A DNA stretch of 64,000 bases from the NCBI GenBank assembly GCA_963514005.1, contig OY740821.1, forward strand, positions 15,066,001 through 15,130,000, in the 5' to 3' direction. The notes under the pieces are model-generated. The model made no database searches and was not told where the DNA came from. It saw only the letters and a program-made list of their open reading frames with translations. Shown one piece after another: positions 13,301 to 24,923 of this stretch (position 1 is its first letter; the number at the start of each line of letters is the position of its first letter). Position numbers and translations under genes: made by a program. The DNA is from Raja brachyura. Its lineage: Eukaryota.

Positions 13301-16300
13301 GAGAAAAAACGTTTTCACCCAGAGAGTTATGAATTTATGGAATTCCCTGCCACAGAGGGCAGTGGAGGCCAAGTCACTGGATGGATTTAAGAGAGAGTTA
13401 GATAGAGCTCTTGGAGCTAGTGGGGTCAAGGGATATGGGGAGAAGGCAGGCACGGGTTATTGCTAGGGGATGATCAGCCATGATCACAACGAATGGCGGT
13501 GCTGGCTCGAAGGGCCGAATGGCCGCCTCCTGCACCTATTTATGTTTCAGCCCAGCAGTTCTGTACTGGCACTTTTCTCTACAAACCACCACAAGGTAAC
13601 ATTAGTATAAATTAGTGGGTGAGGTCTGAACCATTGATCCAGTAACGAGGGGTCCAGTGGTCCAATCCCACCACAACAATGTTGGATTTAAAGTTTTAAT
13701 AAATAATCTGATTTGAAAAGCTGATATGATATAATGATTAAGAAGCTACCAATATATCTATATCTATATCTCCCAACTAACCTCTGAAATGGATTGAGGG
13801 CACATGGGGATGAGTAATAAATCCTTGCCTTGCCAGTGGCAAATAAATCAAAAAATACCTTGAACCATTTTTGCTTTCTCTTTATTTCTCTCTGTCGAGT
13901 AACTATTTCATTTCCTTTTTAATTTAAACACAATAGCCTAGCTGCATTTGGGACAAATGTTTTAACTCTGATCCTAAATTAATGTTGCTTTTGTACAGAA
14001 AGAGATGCAAAATTTTGGAGTAACTCAGTGAGTCAGGCAGCATCCCTGGAGAACAGAGATGGGCGATGTTTTGGGTCAGATCCGTTGTTCTCCAGTGATG
14101 CTGCCTGACCCGCTGAGTTACTCTCGCATTTTGTGTCTGTCTTTGGTATAAACCAGCATCTGCATTTCCTTGTTATTATTTTCTTACAATCTCACTGTGC
14201 TCTTTGGCTACTCAGTGAAATTTCACACAGTACTGTTGTTCAAAAAGTGCAATTTAATCATTGCCAGTCGTTCCCAAATGGCAGCAAATCTACAAGGGCA
14301 GCCACTGATCTGCGAGAGATGTCTGATTTGCTGCAATACATCCACAAGATTAAAAAAAAAACCTGCATATGTTGAAGCAGGCCTACCAGCATTGACAAGA
14401 TTGCAATATAAAAAGCCCCTAAAATTGCTGACATAAGAAATGTTCAATTTGATGATGTTTATTGAGTCATATTTCACATGCCTTCAGGAGCCCCACCGAC
14501 CCCCCCCATACTCCCCAACTGTGTCCCTTTCATCTCTCTCATAAAGGCTGGTTTAAAAACTGGTGGGGGGGGAAAGGCTGGGAAAACAAACTGGTCATTT
14601 TTTTAGGGGGAGCCCAGCTTGCTTCAGGTCCAAATGTGGAAGTTAGATGGGTTTCAGTATGACCGGCATTATTTTTGATTTTGTTATGTCATTAAGTGAC
14701 ATAACTTTATTTTGATTAAACAAGCAAATATTATGTTTCATTATTACTCTGTGGAGCTTTAAGTGTCAATCACATGAAGATCAGGCCAGGGTAATGAGTG
14801 GCAGGTCTCCTTGCTGGAGGCATTAGAGAACCAGTTCTACTTCTGCAATAATAGGACACTTTTGAATGGCCCAAGTTATTCATTCTCAGTTTCCTTTGGG
14901 GTTTGAAATCTTCACTTGCAGGTTTAAGTCCCATAACTGTGTCACTCAACTACCATTGCTCCATGACTGGAGTTGCTCAAGCTGGATTTGCTTGCAGCTA
15001 ATGAACAAGTGGGTGTGGTTATTTTCCCACTTTGCTTCTCTCCAAAATGGTGATTCAGGTTTGGGTAATTTCTATATTGGGTAATGTCATCCAAGTTATT
15101 GTTTTCAGGTGAATAACAGCAATACATTTCTGGAGGGCATATTAGAAAGCAAATCTGGTCTTGCTTTGAATTGCCACCACAAGTTAAAAGGTACCCTGAC
15201 TTCCAATTGATCCTTGTTCAGACAAGCTGAAGATGATTCTTTGCTCTTATTGTATCACATCCAAATTGCGTTCCAGCACATTGCAGTACACTTTTGATAA
15301 CTGAGCAGACTTGGAGGTTTTGGAAGCGGAAATCTTTTTTCTAAAAATGAAAAATGGCTGATAAAACTGCAGTGAGGTTATTTGATCCACTGCCCATAGT
15401 TGCACCCCTATGCTAATCATGTGACTGCATTCATGTTTTGTAGCTGTCTGGCTGCTAACAACCTTTGTTGGCTCCCTGACAATCTTGTGAGCAGATAGAG
15501 CGGCAGCCAGGCCTCTATATGTTTCAGCCTGCAGGCTTGCTGGACTTTAACAGCTTGTGCTGTCGAACGCCTGTTTCACTGTTGCTAAATGTCTCAAAGC
15601 TTTTTTAAAATGTTTTTTTAATCAAAATATTAATGAAATAAAAACATGCTCATAGAATTAAAGAACCAAAAAAGCAGGATAAGCTTAATGAATGTTGCCA
15701 ATTCCAGTCAGATGGAAGGAACTACATGAAATGTGCCAGCTGCATCCTGTGTAAAACAGAGGTACAATATAATTACATTCAGCACCTTGGTTCAGCCAGT
15801 TATTGAATGCCCTGAGGTAAATCTATGAATGGAGCAAGACATTTGTTATGCCTATATCTGACCTCCAGTGCTTTTGTACTTTTGTGCTGCAGTGTGCAAG
15901 CGTTACAGTTGGAATGCACTGATATGCGTGTTGCAGTTTCTTTAGCACAATTGGGCTCAATGTTGCGAGTGAGTGAAGCTCCTAATTGGCAAAATCTATG
16001 TAGAAAATATGACCCATGGGGATAATGTAACAGGAAGCAGCTGCTCTCTGTGAATGGTTCGTTGTGAGATAATTGGGGCGTGGTGTATTTTGCAGAGAGT
16101 AGCATCCACAATTTGTATTGCTATTGCAATAACATAACCTTGCAAACGCAAAGACTTTAATAGATTGACATTATCAGGCTATTAAAAATGACTTTCAAAA
16201 ATATTCTCCTCTATCTGTTCAAAATACTCAATCCAATTCCAAGTTTTAGCTTCAGGAAATGTTGGGTTAGTTATATACATTTTAGGGTTGGAGTAATATA

Positions 16301-18249
16301 TTTTTCTGCCTTTTTCCATTTTCAGATTCCAAAGGAGCAAGTGATTGACACTGTGTACTTGTTTCACATGCCTCGGAAGAGGATGATCTCGCTGCGTTTC
16401 CTTGCATGGTATTTTCTAGGTCTGTATGTGTTACAACCCATTTTGACATTCATTTCTGTAGATCAACATGCATCATTCCAAACCTTTTTTTGCATTCATT
16501 GTGACTTATCAGTACGTTTAAGAAGTTAAAGTTGCTGATTGCATTGAGTTACAAAAATAGATGGGAGGGCATGTTGTGATGAAGAGATTTATACTTTGCA
16601 ACTGGTTATGGATGGGTTGAGTGAGTGGTGAAATATTAGCAAATTGAGTTTTATATGGGGAAAGTGAGATCATGCATTTCGGCAAGAGGAACCAAATGGC
16701 AAATTATTATTTAAATGGGTAGAGAGTGCATATGAATAGAGCACAGATTTGGATGTTCCTGTACATGAATCTCAATAGGTTAGCAAGCAGGTGCAGCAAA
16801 TGGCCAAGAAGGCAAATGACATATTGGCCATTATTGCAAGATGGTTGGAGTTGAGAAATTAGAAAATATTATTACAAATGTACAGGGTTGAGGCCACAGC
16901 TGGGGTACTGGGAACAGTTTTGGTCCCATTACTTTAGAAATGATACTAGAATTGGAGGCAGTCCAAAAGACACTCAAGAGTAGACACAATGTGCTGGAGT
17001 AACTCAGCAGGTGAGGCAGCATCTCTGGAGAGAAGGAATGGGCAACGTTTTGGGTTGAGACTCTTCTTCAGACATTCAAGAGTTCAATTCCTAGGATGAG
17101 AGGATTGTTCTATCATCAGCGACTAAAGTAATTAAATCTACATTCTTTGGAGTTTAGAAGAATGAGAGGTGATGTTGCTGAAACATATTAGATCCTTGAG
17201 GGGCATGATAGTGCAGATGTTGAGATGTTCAAGTGGACATAGTTTTAAATGACCACCCCCTAATCGTGTAACTGACATGTGTCGGGACATCTCACAGAGG
17301 GTGGTGAATCTCTGGCATTCTCTATCGCAGAGGATCTTGGAGGCTGGGTCATTGGTTTTTAAAGAGGTAGATAAATATTTGAAAGACTGGAATTGAGGGT
17401 TATAGGGAACTGGCACATAAGAGATGAGGTCTGGGACAGATCGGCCATTGTCATATTGAATGATGGGGCAGGGCTGAGTGGCTTACTCCTGCACCTATGT
17501 TCTTATGTTTTACTGAATGGCATAACATTGAGTACTGCAGTTAAACCTGCAGGAGAAAGGTGACTGCCCAGCATTTCAGTAGTTTGGGCTTTTGTTCATG
17601 AGATTGCTGCCTGATATGGGGAAAGCTGAATCTTGTGGATCTTGAAGATCCCATACCTGGTTAATGTTAATTACTATTATCTGGGGCAACAGCAGAGACA
17701 CGGCAGTTGGTATTCATACTGTTTAGCATCCTTCCTGGGGAAATCCAAAATGAGAGGGGCCAAGGTTCAGCTTCAAATGTGACTTTCTCCCAATTGAAAT
17801 CACCTGCTAATGCTCAGTGTGTAGGTTCAAGTGTAAAATGACTGCTTTGTTAATAAGAACTGGGGCATAACACAATTGGGAGTTAGTACTTGCAGGAAAG
17901 GTTGGGAAGAATTGGTCTAGAAATAGACAAGCTGATGGAGAGTAGAGAGGAGGTCTAGCTAGGCTTCTGCTGGAGGATGTTGTCCAGCCTTGCAAAATGT
18001 GCTCAAAAATGGAGAGATTGATTTGCGCTTTGTTGATTTCTTGGATAGAACTCAAAATTCAGGGTGAAACGCATGACAGCATAGAGGATGCCCGTACAGC
18101 ACTACAACTCTATCGAAAGTACCTGGAACTGACCAAGCACGGCATGGACGTAGATGAATTCCGAAAAATACTGAAAGGTCTATATGAGAAGGGCAGAAAG
18201 ATGGACTGGAAAGTACCAGAGTCTGAAGACGTCCAGAGCAGTCCAAAAA
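4212..18249 (+). CDS. PAN2: PAN2 poly(A) ribonuclease catalytic subunit, 3' half (pseudo-USP C-terminal part plus DEDD exonuclease), spliced
   Basis: Exons 4212-4310, 5164-5237, 6742-6883, 8674-8811, 9661-9720, 10277-10367, 10981-11138, 11252-11395, 11824-12003, 16326-16419, 18049-18249. All GT-AG and phase-compatible. DEDD residues present: LDAEF, HGLQKDF, HDSIED. Upstream exons lie outside the window and the last exon is unresolved. Confidence 0.96.
5164..5237 (+). CDS. PAN2: PAN2 exon ([13 protein letters not shown]...PTEW)
   Basis: Polypyrimidine tract plus cag/gtag. Phase 0 to 2 fits the neighbouring exons. Divergent peptide. Confidence 0.8.
5625..6525 (-). mobile_element. Rex1/Babar-type LINE RT fragment, decayed
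   Basis: Minus-strand peptides [20 protein letters not shown] and [13 protein letters not shown]. Confidence 0.8.
6742..6883 (+). CDS. PAN2: PAN2 exon (...[29 protein letters not shown]...)
   Basis: ag/gtatgt flanks, conserved peptide. Confidence 0.92.
7295..7565 (+). mobile_element. Old CR1 LINE 3' fragment
   Basis: gggcatagatttaaggtgagg...tggaataagctgccagagg...gcctgtttctatgctata resembles the CR1 3' ends elsewhere in the window. Confidence 0.7.
8674..8811 (+). CDS. PAN2: PAN2 exon (...[36 protein letters not shown])
   Basis: cag/gt flanks, conserved peptide. Confidence 0.93.
9661..9720 (+). CDS. PAN2: PAN2 exon ([20 protein letters not shown])
   Basis: cag/gtaatt flanks, conserved peptide. 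Confidence 0.95.
10277..10367 (+). CDS. PAN2: PAN2 exon ([30 protein letters not shown])
   Basis: cag/gtaggt flanks, phase 1 end. Confidence 0.93.
10981..11138 (+). CDS. PAN2: PAN2 exon ([12 protein letters not shown]...[12 protein letters not shown]), ExoI motif
   Basis: tag/gtacgt flanks, conserved peptide. Confidence 0.95.
11252..11395 (+). CDS. PAN2: PAN2 exon ([29 protein letters not shown]...TQEQ)
   Basis: cag/gtaatg flanks, conserved peptide. Confidence 0.95.
11824..12003 (+). CDS. PAN2: PAN2 exon ([18 protein letters not shown]...[13 protein letters not shown])
   Basis: tag/gtaggt flanks, conserved peptide. Confidence 0.95.
12321..13547 (+). mobile_element. Young 5'-truncated CR1 LINE (ORF2 RT plus 3' UTR)
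   Basis: [35 protein letters not shown] and LWNSLP motifs. 3' tail ggccgaatggcc..cctgcacctatttatgttt. Confidence 0.95.
13615..13842 (+). mobile_element. Ancient DeuSINE/SacSINE-like remnant
   Basis: aatcccaccac...aataaa..tctg... and the 3' aataaatccttgccttgccagt tail. Related remnants at ~22340-22460, ~40050-40480 and ~41350-41810. Confidence 0.5.
14001..14173. mobile_element. Penelope-derived fold-back element, hammerhead centre deleted
   Basis: Inverted arms ggagtaactcag..ggcagcatc..ctggaga / tctccag..gatgctgcc..ctgagttactc. Confidence 0.8.
16326..16419 (+). CDS. PAN2: PAN2 exon ([31 protein letters not shown])
   Basis: cag/gt flanks, conserved peptide. Confidence 0.95.
16570..17510 (+). 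mobile_element. Old CR1 LINE 3' part, interrupted by a Penelope-derived insert
   Basis: Degenerate match to 12680-13547. Confidence 0.75.
16982..17071 (-). mobile_element. Penelope-derived short element, degenerate hammerhead core
   Basis: Family consensus arm. Flanking duplication acactcaagagt / acattcaagagt. Confidence 0.8.
18049..18249 (+). CDS. PAN2: PAN2 exon ([18 protein letters not shown]...SSPK)
   Basis: tag/gtaagt flanks, conserved peptide with ExoIII motif. Confidence 0.95.
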
Positions 18250-20461
18250 GTAAGTGCCTCTTTTTTATTTCTTATTTTTGTGTAAAGAGATTTTATTGCA
18301 TAAACTTAAAATCTAAGAGATTATGCTTATCAAAAGATAGTGCTGAAGCCTTAGAAAATCAGACTTTTGGGGAACTGCATGGACATTGACCTTTAGCTGC
18401 AGCACACTGCTGAGGTAAAACTGTGCTGACTAAAGTGTATTGAATTTGGTGATTCAATTTTCTGCAACATGAGCTCAGCACAAAACCCTCCTTTAATTCA
18501 ATACTAATTAGCTATTATTTAGTCTGCAAGGCAGAGTGAGAAAAGGCATGCAGGGAATGTTTTTCTCTATCTGATTATGCTTACTTTTACCTCTCTGACT
18601 TGGTGTCAGCCCCTCCTTATCTTCTATCTTGCTGACGAGTTCCTTTTCTGCTGTCACCCTTGCCCTTGCAAGTCTCTTGTAAATTGCTCTTTTAATATTT
18701 CACTTTTATGCTGACCTTGCAAAATGTATCTTCAGTATCATTAGGTCTGATCAATGATTAATTCCCTGCTTGTCTGCTGCTGCTCTGCCCACCCCACGCC
18801 CTCTCCTCTACCCACTGTTTGCAAAACCCTTCAAGATTATTATTTTTTTAAGCCATCCAGTTAATGCTGGCACTAAAAGCCCAAAGCATAATATGTACCC
18901 TTTTCTCAGCACTGATGTTCTCTGTCTGAAACTTTATTTAACTTTTATTTTTAGTGTTTGTTTCATTCTATTTTAAGTCTATTTTGTTTGAATAGTAAGT
19001 GCAGAATTAGATGAGTGCAAGGATGTTAAGTCTCAAATCCAACAGTTGAACTAAAATGCAGAATATTTTAATAGTTTCTGAAAGTTTGGCTGGGTTTGTA
19101 TTATATGATAGGATTGATCCAGCCATCTGGATATGCCTTGATATACTCTGAACTAGTGCCTCGCAAGACTAAGAGTAGAAGGTTGCCACTTGAATAACAG
19201 TGATTCTGAGAATATTGGGTTGTATAATTTTGAGACTCGACGTGATTCATTTCTCAAATGTTTTGTATATAAGTAGCTTTTTGGCATGCCTTTAGCCGAC
19301 TTCATCTGCAACCCCACCCAAAACTGAAACAAAATGCTTGGTAGAATAATGTAGTGATGCAGGCATTTATTTTCTTGGTGGTAGTTCATACTTGTCATAA
19401 TTTGTCTGGAGTGATCTTTCACATTGTCTATTCTCTGTAGTTAGCAAAAGTTGTTGAATGTTGCATGAATTAAGAATATAGGGTTTCCCATTGAATTTTG
19501 ATATGCTATATATAAACAATACTTTTTAGGTGGGTTACAACAGACTTATGCAAATAATTAGGTGATTAACAGCCAGGTTTAAAGTTCATAATGTGCTTAA
19601 TTGTTGGTTCTCCTTCAGTTTGGTCAGTAGAGTGGAGGCTTAAGCTTGCGCCAAGACACCTGCTCTTATGGGACCTTGCAATGCGCAAATCAGTTGCTGT
19701 ATTTGCCTGCTCTTTCTATTATTGCAGTACCATCTCCAAAAACGTATGCTTTCAAATAAATTTATTGGGACTTCCTGAAAATGTTAAAAGGTGCTGCTCA
19801 AATGGACTCAATTGTTCTTTAAGCATCTTTTGTTTCAAAACTCCAAATCAATCCTGTTTTGCTTGCTAAATATCCCCATACCATGACTAAGGAGCTGCAA
19901 GAACTGGCTTCAGCAACCCTGCTGGGTAACCACAGCACACGTATGCATTAGAATGCTTGGTTATGCTCTCCATTTCTGCAAAAAAAGCAAACAGTCTGTT
20001 CTCATGTTGCAGAGTTGTAACATGATATAAAATCTGGAATATTTATGTACAATGAATCACTGATTAATTCACAACTGGATCTGGCATTGAACCTACTGCT
20101 GAGTGATGAAATGGAAGTTTCCTTTGATAGTTCCAGTGAAGTGGACAGAGCTAGCCTTGGTTGGTACTGAATTTCCAATGCCACCCAGAGAGAGGAGAGA
20201 TGGGTGGCTGGAATTGGAAATGCCCCCTGTATTGCATTTTTGGCGCAAAGTAAAGAAATAGAGGGAGCTCTACTCGGCAATGGGTGTAAAACCTGGAAGA
20301 ATGTTCCATTCCCTAGTACCTCTTTCGGCCTGATGATCACACAGTATTGGAATCCACTTTACGTACTCTTCATTCCCCATGATGAGTTAATGGGATTAAT
20401 CTTGATAGTTTTATAAAATGCAGATTCTACACCTTCAAGCTTGTTTTTTCTCTTAAATCAG

Positions 20462-20484
20462 GCTCTCAATTTTCTCACCTCTGA
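20462..20484 (+). CDS. PAN2: Candidate PAN2 terminal coding segment (SSQFSHL*)
   Basis: Best-looking polypyrimidine acceptor (cttgttttttctcttaaatcag) between 18249 and the polyA signal. The peptide is not clearly homologous, so this is tentative. Confidence 0.3.
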
Positions 20485-21720
20485 TGGGTTTAAATGTGAA
20501 GACACCGAATGAACTATCTAATCTAATGAAGAGTGAATCTGCAGCATTTGAGGGGAAAGAAGTTTGTATTTTTAACAAATTCCAGAAGAAATCTATTTCT
20601 AAGTGGAGATGGCTTGAAATGGTGCTTGACTGCCACAGTATTATATCGTGGAGCACTGATCTGACTGGATGAAGAATGAGAAAGAAGGTTGGATTCTTAG
20701 GAAAAAGAAACCATAAGGAATCGCTTTGGCAAAATGGAAACTGACGCGTTACGATATAAAACTAGGGAATACTAGAAATGCTCAAACCCAGGCACCCTTT
20801 GAGGAAAAAGCTAATGTTTTAACGTTGTTGAACTTTGCTATAATTGCACGTATCACTGCTGAGGACTGGCATTTTGTCAAGGCTTCAATCTCCAGAGGTT
20901 TATTGACAAACATTCCATGCTTTTTAAAAAAAATAATGTTCTTCCTATTTTCTTAAGCTTCACTTTTTATTTTAAGAATGAGTGCCCACCTTCGGCCGTG
21001 CTCATAGGACAGAATAACATTCCTGTGAAGGAAGAATGCTTAATTCAAATAGCACAGACATGGTTGGCAGATTTGGGCAGCTCTGAGATAGAACTTAAAT
21101 CTTTGTATTCGCCTATTCCAGGAAGAAAGCAGATAGGGGTGATATCATGCATCGCCCGCAGGTTGCACGTGCATCAGTATGTATCAGTAAAATCATTGCT
21201 TTCCAAGAAATAGTTGTCTTCCCTGTTGTAGATATTGTGTTTTATATCCTGTCATTCTGAATATGGTATTCCACAATTTTAATAACTCAACAAAATATTT
21301 TAGATTGTTTAATTGGACAATTAGATATGGGATTGATGTCATGATCTCAGTTTTACCAAATGTAACAGTCCACGCTCTTGAGCTTTGTATTTATGTCACT
21401 CCTCAGTCTTTCCAGATAGCCAGCAGGATGATGCAGAATCTTCAGTTACACTGCCGAGGTTCCTGAACTCTCAGGACTTTTAAAACTTAAAATGTGGCCT
21501 TGAGTTTACAAATCTCCAAATGGCTACCAATCTTTATTACAGTATTTTACACAGATATTCATATGGTGCGAAGCTCTATCAATATTCGGCGTTAAGTTGC
21601 GTACGTACCTGCATTGGAAGGAAAAATATTTGCACTTCCTATATTAAAAAAAAGAAAATGGAAGTTCTTTTAAAGATTTTCAGTTGAAAAAGTTCTCGTC
21701 TACCTTGCTTTTCTGAAGAT

Positions 21721-21726
21721 AATAAA
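21721..21726 (+). terminator. Probable PAN2 polyadenylation signal
   Basis: AATAAA followed by a T/GT-rich downstream element, at the end of a repeat-poor UTR-like stretch. Confidence 0.6.
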
Positions 21727-22053
21727 CTTTATTTTTTAATGAAATTCATGGTCTCTTTTTTTAACCCCAAATTCCTTGTCAGTGCTACACTAAGAGCAAA
21801 GTAACTATTGCGATTTGAGTCAAGCCTACTTGCATAGAATACACTAAGTTTCCACCTCGTTGATTTGGTTATGCTAGTTCATCGTTTGAAAAAGATTTAG
21901 CTCAGCATGAAACTAAGGATGGTTATTTTTGGGGGGGGGGGCTGCACTTAATTGGTTAATGTTAAAATCTATAATTGCAGACAGCCTCTAGAAAATAAAA
22001 AAAGTCCACTGAAAGAATAAATACATGATTTACAACACATGTATACATGATTT

Positions 22054-22328
22054 GCAGCGTGGAAGCAGGCAATTTGGTCCACTGAGTCCGTGCCAACCAG
22101 CGATCACCCCGTACACTAGCTCTATCTGACACACTAGGAACAATTTACAGTGTTTTGTTACTAAAGCCAATTAACCTACAAACCTGTACGTCTCTGGAGT
22201 GTTGGAGGAAACTGGAGCACCCAGAGAAAACCCACGCTGTCACAGGGAGAACGTTCAGACAGCATGCGGAGTCAGGATCGAACCCAGGTCTCTGGCCCTG
22301 TAAGGCAGCAACTACCACTGCGCCACTA
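22054..22328 (-). mobile_element. tRNA-derived V-SINE (HE1-like)
   Basis: Minus strand: A box tggcgcagtgg, B box gggttcgatcc, V-domain cgttctccctgtgac..tgggttttctc, CR1-like tail. Confidence 0.85.
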
Positions 22329-23430
22329 TTAATGGACCTAAAGATGGAATTCTCTTCCCAACAGCACCTTCGGAACAACTGTAGTGGTCGAATTCAGCTC
22401 ACCACCACCACCTTAAGGGCAATAAATGCTGGCCTAGCCAGTGATGCCCAGCTCCTATAAATACATTTTTAAAAGGATAATCTGTTTGCAGTGAATGCAA
22501 GCTTGGCATGTGAGTTTCTAAATGAATGATTGAGTTTGTTTTGAATGTTGTACATGGGACCCATCATGAACCAAATGCTGCTGTGGGACAACTCTAGTAT
22601 GTGGACCCAGTTTTGACTTTCAGCAAAACACTTTTCTTTCAGCGCAAACTCATTGAGAGTCAAACTTGCCTAACTAATCTGGTTGCGCAGATTTAAATCC
22701 AGAACTCTTCTGAAGTTTATCTGATGTTTCCCAGAATCCTGATCCTTGGGTTAGCATGTTGCTTGCAGAAGTACAATCCAAATACTATTGAAGTTGAAAG
22801 GGATGTACACCAATTCTATTATGCTCTAATTCTTTTACCGATATTTTATAAATGATTAATGTTCGACAAAGAGTTACAATGTGAAACATAGCCAATTAAC
22901 CCACATTAGACAATATGCTTTCCTGACTTAATTGCACTTTGTGTTTGCTATCACTGCTACAATATCTGATCTGAGTTCTCAGCTCTTTCTTTGAGAAGTA
23001 CTTTTTATGCTCTCAGCTCTCATATCGTGGTCCCAGCAACCACGTTAAACTTTTATTATTGAAGAACAATGTACAATTTTGGGGCTTCAAAGAGATCAGC
23101 AGCTGAGGACTGAGAAGAATGTTTAGCACCAAAGCAGACATTGGTCTCCTTTGATGTAGCATTGGCTATATAACTTGGAAGTGCTGCCTAAATTCCATTA
23201 TACATGTCTTAATGTTTGTTCATACACATGGAAAATACCAAGGCTGCCACAATTCATAACATAGCGTGGTGGAGAGCAAGGGTGATAAAATGCATGATTC
23301 ACTCAATTTATTGTACAAAACGTGCCATACTGTTTTTTCACATTCTGCAAACATTGTTCTGTTTATTCAATTTGGACTGTGAGGCATTCCACTTCCCAGT
23401 CACCATTTTAAGCATTATACTAGGTGGACT

Positions 23431-23628
23431 CAAAGTGCTGGAGTAACTCAGTGGGACAGGCACCATCTCCGGAGAGAAGGAATGGGTGACGTTTCAGGTC
23501 AAGACCCTTCTTCAGACTGAACAGTCACCCATTCCTTCTCTCCAGAGATGCTGCCTGTCCTGCTGAGTTACTCCAGCATTTTGTGTCTATCTTCAATTTA
23601 AACCAGCATCGGCCGTTCTTTCCTACAC
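23431..23628. mobile_element. Penelope-derived fold-back element with hammerhead core (minus strand, 23488-23515)
   Basis: Inverted arms. 14-bp TSD atactaggtRgact (23417-23430 / 23629-23642). Core CTGAAGA-A-GGGTC-TT-GACCT-GAAACGTC. Confidence 0.88.
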
Positions 23629-23899
23629 ATACTAGGTAGACTATTGCTTTGTCCTTTCCTTGCATTTATTGTTCTCTTGCTCTCAGCTCATTCAACTGTG
23701 CAGCCACGTGTTGGATGTACTGTGTGTTGTCAAGCATAGCTAATATCTTTTGCCCCTCACTGCTTTATCACTCCCCCATTCTGGGATGTAAATTGGCTAT
23801 CTTGCAAGAGACAGGTTTTCTTTTTTCTTTGTCCTTATCCAGTCCCTGAAGCATAAAGCAACACTGAATAGCAAATTTCTATTTTCTATTGGCCCCAAT

Positions 23900-24482
23900 T
23901 TTCTTCTTCTGTCATATGTCTTTTAGACCTGCAGCTGCATTGAGGAGAGCCAGGCCAATGTGTCATCGTCCAGGTCAATCAGACCTCGTTCACCATTCGG
24001 TGGCCGGTGTTTGGGGCAACTGGTGACTGTGCTCCACTGTCTGTGTTGGGTCCCCACACTCGCAGGAGGCGCCCGCTGTCCACAAGGGCTACAGCACCAA
24101 ACCGGGGCGCAGTACTCGGTGGCTGAAAACACCAGGGCCACTGTGGACATGCGCAGTGTCTTCATCGTGGCTCCCCATGTGGTGCCGGCTAGTGCGGCAC
24201 GGGCGCTTGTCTTTGCCTTGGCACCTTCCAGGTGTTGGTTGAATGACAACGTTCTGTCGAGTTTCACACCGAGGTACGTGGGGACAGGCTGGGACCGTAA
24301 CCGGGCGTTATCCACCATGACGTTCATCTCGTGGGTCACTTCCCTGTTGTTGAGATGGAACATTGAAGAGGTTGTCTTACCCATGCTGAGCTTGAGGCGC
24401 CAGTTCCTTAGGTATGAAGACAGTATGTTCATGTCTTCAGAGAGGCCCTCTTCTGCTGCTTCCCAGGATGGCTTACTCAGTA
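23900..24482 (-). mobile_element. Vingi/Ingi-type non-LTR retrotransposon, 5'-truncated with an internal deletion
   Basis: WRLKLS..KT..FHLNNR, YLGVKLDRTL, GTTWGA and EYCAPVW motifs. (GAA)n tail. 9-bp TSD ggccccaat at 23891-23899 and 24483-24491. Confidence 0.8.
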
Positions 24483-24602
24483 GGCCCCAATGAAGTGTCT
24501 GAAGCAGATAGGGCTTTACCTGGTGAGATTATGATGTTGACGGTCTGAATTTCTTCTGCACCATTTCTTCTCAGTTCTTCCATTGTCACTTATTTATTTA
24601 TC

Positions 24603-24923
24603 ATGTCATAGAGTGATAGTGTGGAAACAGGCCCTTTGGCCCAACTCGCCCACACCAGCCAACAATGTCCCAGCTACACTAGTCCCACTTGCCTGCGCTT
24701 GGTCCATATCCCTCCAAACCTGTCTGTTTCTTAAACAATGGGATAGTCCCAGCCTCAACTACCTCCTCTAGTGGCTTGTTCCATGCACCCACCACCCTTT
24801 GTGTGAAAGAGTTACCCCTCTGATTCCTATTAAATCTTTTCCTTCACCTTGAACCCATGTCCTCTGGTCCTCGATTCCCCTACTCTGGGCAAAAGACTCT
24901 GTGCATCTACCCGATCTATTCCT
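24603..24923 (-). mobile_element. CR1 LINE 3' fragment
   Basis: Reverse complement of the CR1 tail at 57185-57510. Confidence 0.85.

Noticed and set aside
12185-13453. Long minus-strand ORFs (193, 136 and 191 aa, also 34330-34983 and 55677-56261)
   Set aside because: Antisense shadows of CR1 ORFs.
15447-15580. H/ACA snoRNA-like hairpins in a PAN2 intron (ctggctgc/gcagccag)
   Set aside because: No correctly placed ANANNA or terminal ACA box. The stems are short and alternative.
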